Part shown: positions 29,136-37,741 of the stretch, one piece after another
Position numbering within the stretch: the stretch's first letter is position 1
How the letters are laid out: every line of letters starts with the position of its first letter
Origin: Candidatus Tectimicrobiota bacterium
Lineage (GTDB): Bacteria > UBA8248
Length of the DNA: 64,000 bases
NCBI GenBank assembly: GCA_016192135.1
Contig: JACPUR010000040.1
Coordinates: 3,771 to 67,770 of the forward strand
Direction of reading: 5' to 3'
The notes under the pieces: model-generated
What the model was told of the DNA's origin: nothing
The model's database searches: none
The model's input: the letters and a program-made list of their open reading frames with translations, nothing else
Translations under genes and position numbers: made by a program

Positions 29136-29492
29136 ATGAACCGGTGCACGCGCGTGACGTTCAGCGGCTCCTCGGGGGCGGACTACCAGTTCGAGGTCTA
29201 CCCCGTGAGCGCCATCTTCAACGACTTCGGCGCGGTCTACATGTTCACGAACCGGACGGCGGCCCCCGACGGCACGGGCCAGCACATGGCGGTGTTCATC
29301 GGGGAGAGCGAGGAGCTCGGCTCGCGGCTGGCCAAGCACGACCTGCTCCAATCCGCCGGGCGGCATAAGTTCAACTGCGTCTGCGTCCACCGCGAGGCCG
29401 ACGAGGACCTGCGCGTCGTGGCCGAGGCGGACCTGCGCAAGCGCTACAAGCCCAAGGGCAACAGCTTCTCCTTCCTTCAGAACGGTCACTAA
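29136..29492 (+). CDS. Hypothetical protein with GIY-YIG-like motif (tentative)
   Basis: GAVYMF-(11 aa)-VFIGESEELGSRLAKH resembles the GIY-(10-11)-YIG...R..H core; own low-GC promoter region (TAGAAT -10) upstream. Confidence 0.4.
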   Translation: MNRCTRVTFSGSSGADYQFEVYPVSAIFNDFGAVYMFTNRTAAPDGTGQHMAVFIGESEELGSRLAKHDLLQSAGRHKFNCVCVHREADEDLRVVAEADLRKRYKPKGNSFSFLQNGH

Positions 29493-29568
29493 CCGGCAGA
29501 GAAAGGCATCCGGAGGGCGCCCCGCCCCCCCCAGGTTCCGCGCATCTTTCCCGGCTTTCCGTTCCCCC

Positions 29569-30603
29569 TCACCCCTCCTCCCGGTAGAGCCCCAGGGCCT
29601 CGATCATGGGCTGGTCGTTGATGGAGAAGAGGATGGTCTCTTCTTCCCCGGCCGCGTGCTGGTGCCGCGCCCAGGAGGGGACGCAGAAGGCGTCTCCCCT
29701 CTCCCAGTCGAACCTTTGGCCATCGATGACCGAATGCCCGCTCCCCTTGAAGCACAAATAGACGGCGCTTCCGGTGTGGCGGTGGGGGCTGAGCTCCCGG
29801 CCGGGCCGCAGGAGCTGGATGCGGCAGCCCATGGTGGGGTAGACGGGCCCCCCGGTGCCCGGGTGGACGAAGTCCATGGCCACATCGTCGTGGGGAGAGG
29901 CCTCCCCCGAGGCGGCGAGGCGGCGCAGCGCCCGCTCGGTCCGCTCCCACTTGTAGAGGAGGAGCGGCGAGTAGGGGCCGCTCTGCCGCTCCCAGGCGGG
30001 GCGGAGCGCGCCCTCGGCCCAGCGGGCGAGGCTCCCGCCCTCGGGCCTGGGCGCGGGGGGAGGCGCCTCGCCCGCCCCCTCGAAGAAGCTCGCGCGCAGC
30101 TCGCGCACCATAATGATGTCGAGGCCGTCCATCCAGATGACGGGCTTCTCTCCCGTGTTCTCGTGGTCGTGCCAGGCCCAGGGGGGCGTCAGGACGAAGT
30201 CGCCGGGACCCAGGGCGCAGCGCTCGCCCTCCACGGTGGTCGAGGCGCCCTCCCCCTCCAGGATGAAGCGGATGGCGGCCGCCGCGTGGCGGTGGGTGTG
30301 GGCCTTCTCCCCGGGGAGGATGTACTGGAAGGCGCCCCAGAGGGTGTCGGTCGTGGCCGTCAGGCCGTCGTAGGGGAGGCCCGGGTTGGCGAAGCCGAGC
30401 ACCCGGCGCTCGCCCTCGGTCATGGGGGCCAGGGCGCCCGAGGCCCGGACGAGGGGGAGGACCTCCCGGAAGCGCCAGAGGTGGGGCTGGGCGCGGGGGC
30501 TGGGGGTGCGGGGGACGTGGTCCTTGTATACCTTCCAGAGCGGGATGAGGCGCTGGCGCTCCATCGCCCCGTAGAAGTCGGCCAGCTCGGCGCCGGTGGG
30601 CAT
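29569..30603 (-). CDS. Gentisate 1,2-dioxygenase-like bicupin dioxygenase
   Basis: Two cupin metal motifs (AHTHRHAAAAIRFILEG; SPHRHTGSAVYLCFKG); ~345 aa; start at MPTGAELADFYG with GGGAGG RBS. Confidence 0.8.
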   Translation of the reverse strand: MPTGAELADFYGAMERQRLIPLWKVYKDHVPRTPSPRAQPHLWRFREVLPLVRASGALAPMTEGERRVLGFANPGLPYDGLTATTDTLWGAFQYILPGEKAHTHRHAAAAIRFILEGEGASTTVEGERCALGPGDFVLTPPWAWHDHENTGEKPVIWMDGLDIIMVRELRASFFEGAGEAPPPAPRPEGGSLARWAEGALRPAWERQSGPYSPLLLYKWERTERALRRLAASGEASPHDDVAMDFVHPGTGGPVYPTMGCRIQLLRPGRELSPHRHTGSAVYLCFKGSGHSVIDGQRFDWERGDAFCVPSWARHQHAAGEEETILFSINDQPMIEALGLYREEG

Positions 30604-30635
30604 GTCAACCTCCCGATCGATTGCACGGTTCGTCC

Positions 30636-30800
30636 GTAGGGGCGGTTCGCGAACCGCCCCTACGCAAGGCGCCATCGCGATCCTGACACCGTAGGGACGT
30701 ATTGCCATACGCCCCTACACAAAGAAGCAACGTGACCCTGGTTCTGTAGGGGCGGCCCCCCGTGGCCGCCCCGGGGCAGGCACAGGGGCCTGCCCCTACA
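30636..30800. repeat. REP-like hairpin cluster: four tandem palindromes incl. GTAGGGGCGGTTCGCGAACCGCCCCTAC and a composite two-hairpin element at 30746-30800
   Basis: Perfect palindromes read directly; composite element recurs at 39806-39869. Confidence 0.75.
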
Positions 30801-30871
30801 GGTTTCTCTTTCCATAAAAACGGCGGCGGAGGGGGCCTCCGCCGCCGGGGGATTCGATCCGTTCCCTTCCC

Positions 30872-31615
30872 CTAGACCGGGATCGGCCGCGCCTCGAACT
30901 CCTGGGGCGTGAGGGCGTCGCCCACCCCGATCATGCTGTCGCGGGTGACGAGCATGGCCAGCCTTTCCTCGCTCCAGCCCTCGGTGCCCTTGGGGCGGCG
31001 GGGGATGATGAGGTAGCGGCAGTCGGCGTTCGAGTCCACCGTGATGAGCTCGATGCCCTCGGGGGCCTCATAGCCCAGGTCGCGCAGGGCGCCGCGCGGG
31101 TCCACCACGGACTTCGAGCGGTAGGGGAAGCTCTTGTACCAGGTGGGGGGCTGGCCCAGCAGGACGCGCGGATAGCACGAGCACAGCGTGCAGGTGACCA
31201 TGTAGTGCACCTGGCCGGTGTTCTCGAGGGCGACCAGGTGGTTGACGGCCGAGGTGTCGATGCCGAGCTCGGCGCAGGCCTCCTTCGCGTCCATCAAGAG
31301 GCGCTTCTTGAACTCCGGGTCGGCCCAGGCGCGGGCCACCACCTTGGCGCCGATGGCGGGGGTCTGGGCCTCGATGTCCTCGATGGCGCGGCGCATCTCG
31401 TCGGTGGTGACGAGGCCCTTCTCGCGCAGGACGTTCAGGAGCGCCACCACACGGATCTGGAAGTAGTCCATCTCGTGCTCGGCCCGCCCCACGGTGTCAT
31501 GGAGATAGCCCACGTCCTCCTTGCGGCGGAGGATGTGGGTGTCGTCGTGGCCGTGCCCGTGAGGGTGGTCGTGGCCGTTCCCGTGATCGTGGTGATGATC
31601 GTGGCTGTCGGACAT
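30872..31615 (-). CDS. Nitrile hydratase alpha-subunit-like metalloprotein (Co-type VCTLCSCYP motif) with His-rich N-terminal tail
   Basis: CTLCSCYPRVLLGQPP metal-binding motif; N-terminus SDSHDHHHDHGNGHDHPHGHGHDD; start at Met 31 (frame-consistent). Confidence 0.8.
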   Translation of the reverse strand: MSDSHDHHHDHGNGHDHPHGHGHDDTHILRRKEDVGYLHDTVGRAEHEMDYFQIRVVALLNVLREKGLVTTDEMRRAIEDIEAQTPAIGAKVVARAWADPEFKKRLLMDAKEACAELGIDTSAVNHLVALENTGQVHYMVTCTLCSCYPRVLLGQPPTWYKSFPYRSKSVVDPRGALRDLGYEAPEGIELITVDSNADCRYLIIPRRPKGTEGWSEERLAMLVTRDSMIGVGDALTPQEFEARPIPV

Positions 31616-31629
31616 GCGTGGCGCTCCTC

Positions 31630-31917
31630 TCAGGCCGGCTCGAGCCAGTGCTCGTAGATCTCGATTCGCAGCTTGTCCTGGGGCTTCCCGGGCTTGTGGT
31701 CCCACAGGTCGTTCACGCTGAACTCGACCCAGTAGAGTTCCCGCGCGGGCAGGCCGTCCTTCCCGTAGGCCAGGAGCTCGGGGTTCTTGTAGCGCCCGAA
31801 GTAGCGGCTGACGACCCCCGTCTTGCCGCGCACGTAGGGGCAGGTGCGGATGTGGCCGGGCGGGTAGAGGTTCTTCACCTTGACCCGCTGGCCCACCTGG
31901 AACCTGGTCTGCTCCAT
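31630..31917 (-). CDS. Nitrile hydratase beta-subunit C-terminal-domain homolog (95 aa)
   Basis: FQVGQRVKVKN...PGHIRTCPYVRGKTGVV...YWVEF...IEIYEHWLEPA matches NHase beta C-terminal SH3-like domain; upstream in-frame region is low-GC and judged non-coding. Confidence 0.7.
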   Translation of the reverse strand: MEQTRFQVGQRVKVKNLYPPGHIRTCPYVRGKTGVVSRYFGRYKNPELLAYGKDGLPARELYWVEFSVNDLWDHKPGKPQDKLRIEIYEHWLEPA

Positions 31918-32111
31918 GGGGAACCCCTTGATTTCAGATAGGTTAATCCGGTTCGTGCGCCGTGGCAGCTTCAGTTTGCACAGACGCGGAGATGTGTAAA
32001 GGGGGGGAGGAGTCCTGAATCGGCCGGTGAATCCGGGAATGCAACCCGGAACCAGGGCCGTCTGATAGTGTGGATGAGAGTATCCATAGAGCGCCGGGTC
32101 CGGAGAGGGCC

Positions 32112-32468
32112 ATGCGAAAACGGGGGCGTCTTGTGGGCGTTTCGGCACGCCATCTTCCCGGCGGCGCGCTCATCCTCGCCGCCCTCGCCCTGGGACTCCT
32201 CCTCCCCGGCTGCGCCCGCCCCTACAACGGCTACTCCTATACCCCGAGCTACTCCTCCTCGAGCGAAGCCAAGAAGGAAGAACCTCCCAAAGAAGAAGAG
32301 AAGGAGAGAAAGCACCGCCACTACGGCTACCACTCCCACCGCCCCTCCGGCTCCTCGGGATGGCGGGGGGGCACCTCCTCCGGCAGCCATTCCTACCGCG
32401 GGGGACACGGACACTCATCCGGCGGGGGAGGCGGATACCGCGGCAAACGAAGCTGGCGATCGAAATAG
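32112..32468 (+). CDS. Small lipoprotein with His/Gly/Ser/Tyr-rich low-complexity tail
   Basis: LLLPGC lipobox; HRHYGYHSHRPSGSSGW...GGHGHSSGGGGGYRG; GGAGAGGG RBS before ATG at 32112. Confidence 0.55.
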   Translation: MRKRGRLVGVSARHLPGGALILAALALGLLLPGCARPYNGYSYTPSYSSSSEAKKEEPPKEEEKERKHRHYGYHSHRPSGSSGWRGGTSSGSHSYRGGHGHSSGGGGGYRGKRSWRSK

Positions 32469-32505
32469 CCACGGGACGGCCTGCCTGACCGGCGTCCGGA
32501 AATGC

Positions 32506-32535
32506 ACAGGGGCGGGTTTGAAACCCGCCCCTACG
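32506..32535. repeat. REP-like palindrome ACAGGGGCGGGTTTGAAACCCGCCCCTAC
   Basis: Perfect 11-bp stem, read directly. Confidence 0.7.
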
Positions 32536-32557
32536 GAAAACTCGCCTCACCACCGCG

Positions 32558-32686
32558 CGATGTCATCCTGAGCCCTTCGCTTCGCTCAGGACAGGCTTCG
32601 CGAAGGATCCCGGTTTCGACTTTTCACGGCCTAGATCGGGGTTCTTCGGCCCTCGCCACGCTCGGGGCCTCGGAATGACATCCTGT
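32558..32686. repeat. MITE-like element copy 1 (termini GATGTCATCCTGAGC ... CTCGGAATGACATCCTG)
   Basis: Shares ~15-20-nt termini with copies at 42078-42205 and 42741-42871; interior diverged. Confidence 0.55.
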
Positions 32687-32690
32687 CCCC

Positions 32691-33716
32691 CTACTTCTTC
32701 TTCCCTTCCTTGATCTTGTAGAGCTTCATCACGTTGCCCGAGAGGATCTGCCCCTGGGCCTTCTTGGGGAGCTTCGAGAGGCCGGGGATGCCGGTGGCCT
32801 TGCCCAGGTTCCCCATGTCGAAGGGGTAGTCGGTGCCGTACATCACCCGGTCCAACCCCAGGGACTTGACCGCGAACTGGAGGCACTCGGGGTTGTGGAT
32901 GATGGTGTCGTAGTAGAATTTCTTGATGTAGCGCTCGGGCGCCTTGGCGCCGTTCACCTTGGGCTCCTGCCGCTCCCCGTAGCCGTGCTGCCAGCGCCCG
33001 CGGATCCAGGGGGTGTAGCCGCCGCAGTGGGAGAGCAGGAACTTGAGCTTGGGGAAGCGGTCGAAGACACCCCCCCAGATGATGCAGGCGGCGGCGATGG
33101 TGGTGTCGAGCGGGTTCCCGATGAAATTGCGCAGGTAGTAGTCCTTGAGGCGGTCGTTCACCCCCATCACCTCGATCGGGTGGATGAAGACGGGCACGTC
33201 GAGGTCCACCACCGCCTGCCAGAACACGTCCAGCCCCTTGTCGTCGAGGTTCTTCCCGGCCACGTTCGAGCCGATCTGCACCCCGATGTGGCCGTTCTTG
33301 ACCGCGCGCCTGAGCTCGGCCGCCGCCGCCGGGGGATCCTGCAAGGGCACCTGGGCCATGCAGAGGAACTTGTCCGGGTGCTGCTTCGTCAGCGCCACCA
33401 GGGCGTCGTTCAGGGCCGAGGAGATATCCTTGTTCAGCCCCGCGTCCTGGGCGTAGTAGGTCATCGGCGGGACGACGGAGAGGATCTGCTTGTCCACCCC
33501 CATCCGCTTCATGTCCTTGAGGCGCATCTCGACGTTCCAGGTCTCCTTGGGCAAGGGATTCGGGTGCACCCGCTCCTGCCCGAGCACGGTCGAGCGCGTC
33601 ACCAGGAACTCCCACTTGTCGCCCGGCTGGATCGAGATGGCCCCGCCGAAGCGGCCCTGGCGGGCGTCCTCGATGAAGGACTGGGGAGCGATGTGGGCGT
33701 GGGGATCGATGATCAC
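32691..33716 (-). CDS. Amidohydrolase-2 family protein (ACMSD/gamma-resorcylate-decarboxylase-like)
   Basis: 341 aa; N-terminal IDPHAHI, mid HP, C-terminal MYGTDYPF typical of Amidohydro_2 decarboxylases/hydratases. Confidence 0.8.
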   Translation of the reverse strand: MIIDPHAHIAPQSFIEDARQGRFGGAISIQPGDKWEFLVTRSTVLGQERVHPNPLPKETWNVEMRLKDMKRMGVDKQILSVVPPMTYYAQDAGLNKDISSALNDALVALTKQHPDKFLCMAQVPLQDPPAAAAELRRAVKNGHIGVQIGSNVAGKNLDDKGLDVFWQAVVDLDVPVFIHPIEVMGVNDRLKDYYLRNFIGNPLDTTIAAACIIWGGVFDRFPKLKFLLSHCGGYTPWIRGRWQHGYGERQEPKVNGAKAPERYIKKFYYDTIIHNPECLQFAVKSLGLDRVMYGTDYPFDMGNLGKATGIPGLSKLPKKAQGQILSGNVMKLYKIKEGKKK

Positions 33717-33898
33717 GGAATCTCTCCTTCAGAGGGGGATTGCCCCAGGGGGATTTTCGGCCTGCGCACGCGGTGCGGGCGGATTATGCCGGAGGGCGCG
33801 GGAAAGGGGAAGCGGGGACGGCCGCGGGGAAAGCAGCCCCCTTATTATCCAAGGGGGCTTGACCCCCCCTGCGGAAGAACCGCCGCGAAACCTGATCC

Positions 33899-33927
33899 GT
33901 AGGGGCGAGGCATGCCTCGCCCCTACA
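33899..33927. repeat. REP-like palindrome GTAGGGGCGAGGCATGCCTCGCCCCTACA just downstream of the lipoprotein gene
   Basis: Perfect 12-bp stem. Confidence 0.7.
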
Positions 33928-33952
33928 CAAGCACTGCCATCTTCTGGCCCCC

Positions 33953-34936
33953 CTAGTACTCCTTGTCCACCACGATGGTGACGCCGGAGGTCCCGGCGGC
34001 GACGGGGTCCGGGGCCTGGCCCTCGAGGTCGCCCTTCTGGGGCGGGCCGGCGCTTCCGTCCGCGTCCACCCGGGCCACGAGCCGCACCCGGCCCTCGAAC
34101 TTCACGCCGGGCATCATCACGTGTTCCTGCGAGATTTGGAACGCGAGGGGGAACTTGGGCTCCGGGATCCGCACCACGGCCAGGGGCGGGCCGCCCCCCT
34201 CGGGCCGGGCGATGAGGAAGAGGGCGCGCTTGCCCCCCGCCTTTCCCGCGAGGGCGGGGGCGAGGACGACGGTGCCCGAGATGGCTCCCCCGCCCGCCGG
34301 GGCCGCCGCCTCGGGCGGCTTCGGGGCCTGGGGCTGCGTTTGCGCCGGGGGCCGCGCTTGCGCCTGGGGAGGAGAAGGCGGGGCGGCGGGGGCCTGCCCC
34401 CGCGCCGGGGCCTCGGGCTTCTTCGCCGCTTCCTTGGGCGGCTCGGCCGAGCCCGCCTGGGCGATGACCACCTCCACGTCCCGGGCGCCGATGGGGGCCG
34501 GGCGGGCGCTCACCCCCTCGTAGCTCCCCCTGGCCAGGGGCGCCGCCCCATTCGCCCGGCGCAGGGGCCCGAGCTCGTAGTCGGTGAGGTTCTCGCCGAG
34601 GAGCCGCGCCCGCACCCGGACCTGCCCGGAGAATGCCCGCCCCGGCGCGAACACGTCGTCCGGGGTCATGACGAAGCGGAGGGGGAAGCTGGGCTCCACC
34701 AGCCGCTGGACGGCGAAGGGGGGGCCGCCTTGGGCGGGCTCCAGGTAGATGAAGAGCTGGCGCAGTTTCCGGGCCTCGGGCGGGAGCGAGGGCGCGAGAT
34801 GGACGACGCCCGAGACGGACGCCTGGGGCTCCGAGCCGCAGCCCGCGGCCAGCATGGCCAGAAAAGCCCATCCCAGCGCCCGCCGTGCCAAGGGCGCGCT
34901 CAAGACCCCGTTCTTACGTTTTCCGAGCATTTTCAT
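33953..34936 (-). CDS. Lipoprotein with internally duplicated ~140-aa domain and Pro/Ala/Gln-rich linker
   Basis: Signal AFLAMLAAGC; repeats SGVVHLAPSLP...RLVEPSFPLRF... and SGTVVLAPALA...RIPEPKFPLAF... Confidence 0.6.
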   Translation of the reverse strand: MKMLGKRKNGVLSAPLARRALGWAFLAMLAAGCGSEPQASVSGVVHLAPSLPPEARKLRQLFIYLEPAQGGPPFAVQRLVEPSFPLRFVMTPDDVFAPGRAFSGQVRVRARLLGENLTDYELGPLRRANGAAPLARGSYEGVSARPAPIGARDVEVVIAQAGSAEPPKEAAKKPEAPARGQAPAAPPSPPQAQARPPAQTQPQAPKPPEAAAPAGGGAISGTVVLAPALAGKAGGKRALFLIARPEGGGPPLAVVRIPEPKFPLAFQISQEHVMMPGVKFEGRVRLVARVDADGSAGPPQKGDLEGQAPDPVAAGTSGVTIVVDKEY

Positions 34937-34967
34937 CCCATCGCGGCGGCGCCGGGGCGAAGCCTCT

Positions 34968-35900
34968 TCATTCCGGATAGGAGCGTGCCTGCCGCATGAA
35001 CGCCTCCACCTCGCCCAGCCGGGGGAGAGCCGCCCTCCCCCCGAGCGCGCGGCAGCTCATGGCCGCGAGGGCGTTGGCGAAACGGAGGGTGCGCGGAAGC
35101 GGATGCCCCTGGAGGACCCCATATATGAGCCCCGCATGGAATACATCCCCCGCCCCGGTCGTGTCCACCGCCTCCACCTCGAAGGCGGGGGAGCGGTGGA
35201 AGCGCTCCCCGTCGAAGGCCAGCGCCCCGCTCTCCCCCAGGGTGGCGGCGGCCACCCGGGGGCCCAGGCGGCGGATGGCGCGCAGGGCCTCCTCCAGCGA
35301 GGCCTCGCCCGTGAAGGCTTGGGGAAAATCCTCCGACGCCACCAGGTAGTCGGTCATCCGCACGAGCGCCTCCGTGCCCGGCAGGGCGCGCTCGGCGTCG
35401 AAGGAAACGGGGATGCCCTCCTCCCTCGCCCACTCGGCCGCCCGCAGCTCGGCCTCGAGGTTGTGGCCGTCCACGTGGAGGAGCCGCGACGAGCGCACGA
35501 TGTCCTCCCGCACATCCTCCGGCCGGAGCGCCACCTCCCGCCGCCAGAGAATCGTGCGTCCGCCCCGCTCGGCGGACGGGCCGCCGCGCTGGACGAGGAT
35601 GACCGCGAACTGGCTCGCCCGCCCCGGCTGGAGGGCCACGCCCTCCACGTCCACCCCCTCCTCGCGGAGGCTCTGGAGGGAGAACCTCCCCTCCTCGTCG
35701 TCCCCCACCGCGCCGATGTAGGCCGTCCGCAGCCCGAGCCGGGCAAGGGCCGCCATGGCGGTGGCCGCCTGGCCGCCGCCCTGGCGCGAAACCTCCAGCA
35801 ACGGCCCTTTGGTGTTGAATAGAGGGTGGCGCTCCACCACGCAGAGGAGATCGGCCGAGTTGAGGCCGATCCCCACCGCGTCGAAGCGCTTCCCGCGCAC
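34968..35900 (-). CDS. PfkB-family carbohydrate/ribokinase-like kinase
   Basis: DTTGAGD anion-hole motif, N-terminal GxGxxG-like, 310 aa. Confidence 0.8.
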   Translation of the reverse strand: MRGKRFDAVGIGLNSADLLCVVERHPLFNTKGPLLEVSRQGGGQAATAMAALARLGLRTAYIGAVGDDEEGRFSLQSLREEGVDVEGVALQPGRASQFAVILVQRGGPSAERGGRTILWRREVALRPEDVREDIVRSSRLLHVDGHNLEAELRAAEWAREEGIPVSFDAERALPGTEALVRMTDYLVASEDFPQAFTGEASLEEALRAIRRLGPRVAAATLGESGALAFDGERFHRSPAFEVEAVDTTGAGDVFHAGLIYGVLQGHPLPRTLRFANALAAMSCRALGGRAALPRLGEVEAFMRQARSYPE

Positions 35901-35907
35901 GCGAGGC

Positions 35908-36648
35908 TCAGGCGAATTCGAGGAAGCGCACCCCCTCGGGGTCCGCCGCCTGGAGCGCGGCCGCCTCCTCCGGGGTGGGCTCGGGGGTCTCGAAGACTTC
36001 CTCGCAGGGGCCGGGGTCGAAGCCGGTGGCCTCGCGGACCGTTTCGGGCGCGACGCCCGCGTGGCGGCTCTCGATGCGGAGGCGCCCCTCCTCCTTCCGG
36101 AAGATGCAGAGCGGCGTGATCACCCGGTCCACCTTTCCGGAAGCCGTCACCCAGGCGCAGCGCTCGGGGAAGCTCCGCGGGTCGTGGGCCGTGCGCCACA
36201 GGACGGTGCGCTTCGCCGTGGGCAGGATGCAGGCGCTCCCGGCGCCCCCCGGGAGTCGCACCTTGGGGCGCTTGGGGTCGCCGATGTAGGAGAGGTTGAT
36301 GTCCCCCCGGCCGTCGATCTGGGCCCCGCCCAGGAAGGCCAGGTCGAGCGCCCCGCGCGCCGAGAGGTCGAAGATCTCGGTCAGGTTGAAGTGGGCGCGG
36401 GCGCCCTCCAGGAGCTGCACCCCCACCGTCGAGCCGGGGAGGCGCGCCGGCCGGGCGTCCACCCCGCCCGGGATGTTCAGGTAGATGAGGTTCGGGGCGT
36501 GGAGCCTCCGGGCGATCCCGACCGCCGTCATGGGCAGGGCGGAAGCCACCCCGTGGAAGACGAGCTCGCCGTCCCGGATCTGCCGGGCGAGGAAGACGGC
36601 CATCCGGTCGGCCGCCCGCCTCTTCTCGGGCGAGAGCTCCCGCCTCAT
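35908..36648 (-). CDS. CoA-transferase subunit B (glutaconate/3-oxoacid CoA-transferase family)
   Basis: CoA_trans beta-subunit-like; ATGA overlap with subunit A stop; GGAG RBS. Confidence 0.75.
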   Translation of the reverse strand: MRRELSPEKRRAADRMAVFLARQIRDGELVFHGVASALPMTAVGIARRLHAPNLIYLNIPGGVDARPARLPGSTVGVQLLEGARAHFNLTEIFDLSARGALDLAFLGGAQIDGRGDINLSYIGDPKRPKVRLPGGAGSACILPTAKRTVLWRTAHDPRSFPERCAWVTASGKVDRVITPLCIFRKEEGRLRIESRHAGVAPETVREATGFDPGPCEEVFETPEPTPEEAAALQAADPEGVRFLEFA

Positions 36649-37520
36649 GAAATTCTCCCGGCCGGCCGCGCCGCACCCGCCCCGCGGTCCGCCTCCTCCC
36701 ACGCGGCGAGATGGGCGGCCAGGCCTTCCGGTGAGGCGGCTTCTTCCAGATACCGGCCCACCGCCTCCTCGTCCAGGTCGTAGAAGGGGGGACAGGCCCC
36801 GGGCCGCGCCCCGCCCGGCACATGGGCCACGGCATGAACCAGGAAGGCCGGAATCTGGGTGCGCTCGGGCCGCTCCTCGAAGAAGGAGGTTTCGACGATC
36901 CGCTCGGCGGTCAGGATCACCCCCTCGGCCGCCCGGCTCATGAGCACGTCCTCGAAGGTGCCCCCCTCGATGCGGGCGTTGCCCTCAGCGTCGGCCCAGG
37001 GCACATGCAGGACGGCCCAGCGCGGGCGGATGCGGGGGATCATGAAGACCTTTTCCCCGGTGTAGGGGTCGCGTGCCTCCCGGAAGCCGGTGAGGCCGGG
37101 CACGTCGCTCCCCTGGAGGCCCGCCACGGGCTGGCTGGGGATGCCGTAGGCCGAGGCCCTCAAGCCCGCGATGACGGTGTAGCAGGCGTGCTCCACGGCC
37201 CGCACCGCGCCCGTCTCCACCCCCCGGCGGTAGGCGGGGGCCAGGCCGAAGAGGTTCTCGAAGCCGACGTAGCCCGAGTGGACCTCCTCCGCCGCCCCGG
37301 CCGCGCAGAGGAGGTCGATGTCGTAGGCCCCGGCCGTCTTCACGAGCCGGAGGCCACGCCGCCCCTGCCGGGCGAGCTCCCGGGCGAAGGCCGAGGGGAT
37401 GCGCGTCAGGGAGTTCCCGCCCAGGGCGATCATTTGGCCGTCCCCGGCGAGCCGGGCGGCCTCAGGCAGGGAGACGAGTTTTCCGGCCACGGAAGCTCCT
37501 TTTCGGACCCCGGCGAGCAT
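36645..37520 (-). CDS. CoA-transferase subunit A (GctA-like)
   Basis: CoA_trans alpha-subunit-like; start at Met 30 of track ORF. Confidence 0.75.
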   Translation of the reverse strand: MLAGVRKGASVAGKLVSLPEAARLAGDGQMIALGGNSLTRIPSAFARELARQGRRGLRLVKTAGAYDIDLLCAAGAAEEVHSGYVGFENLFGLAPAYRRGVETGAVRAVEHACYTVIAGLRASAYGIPSQPVAGLQGSDVPGLTGFREARDPYTGEKVFMIPRIRPRWAVLHVPWADAEGNARIEGGTFEDVLMSRAAEGVILTAERIVETSFFEERPERTQIPAFLVHAVAHVPGGARPGACPPFYDLDEEAVGRYLEEAASPEGLAAHLAAWEEADRGAGAARPAGRIS

Positions 37521-37600
37521 CCGCCGGGCGACGGAAGGATTATCGCCCCAAGGGCTTTTTGCCTCAAGAACGGGCTTGGGAGCCGAAAAAATCAAAGAAA

Positions 37601-37629
37601 TTGACATATCCGCCCGGATTCCCTAGTCT
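37601..37629 (+). promoter_or_regulatory. Putative sigma70 promoter for scpAB (-35 TTGACA, 17 nt, -10 TAGTCT)
   Basis: Consensus -35; ~110-nt leader to scpA ATG. Confidence 0.4.
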
Positions 37630-37741
37630 GCGCCTTGCGGGTCATGGGGGCCCGCTCCTCCGCCCCGAGAGACGCTCCGTCCCAGCCGCCGAGGCGCGAA
37701 AAGCCGCCTTTTTCGCCGTTTCGGCAAGGGGTTTTCGCCGT

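Noticed and set aside
31918-32148. In-frame upstream extension of the nitrile-hydratase beta-like ORF to 172 aa
   Set aside because: The extension runs through a low-GC promoter-like segment, has no similarity to beta-subunit N-domains, and Met78 begins exactly at the conserved C-terminal domain
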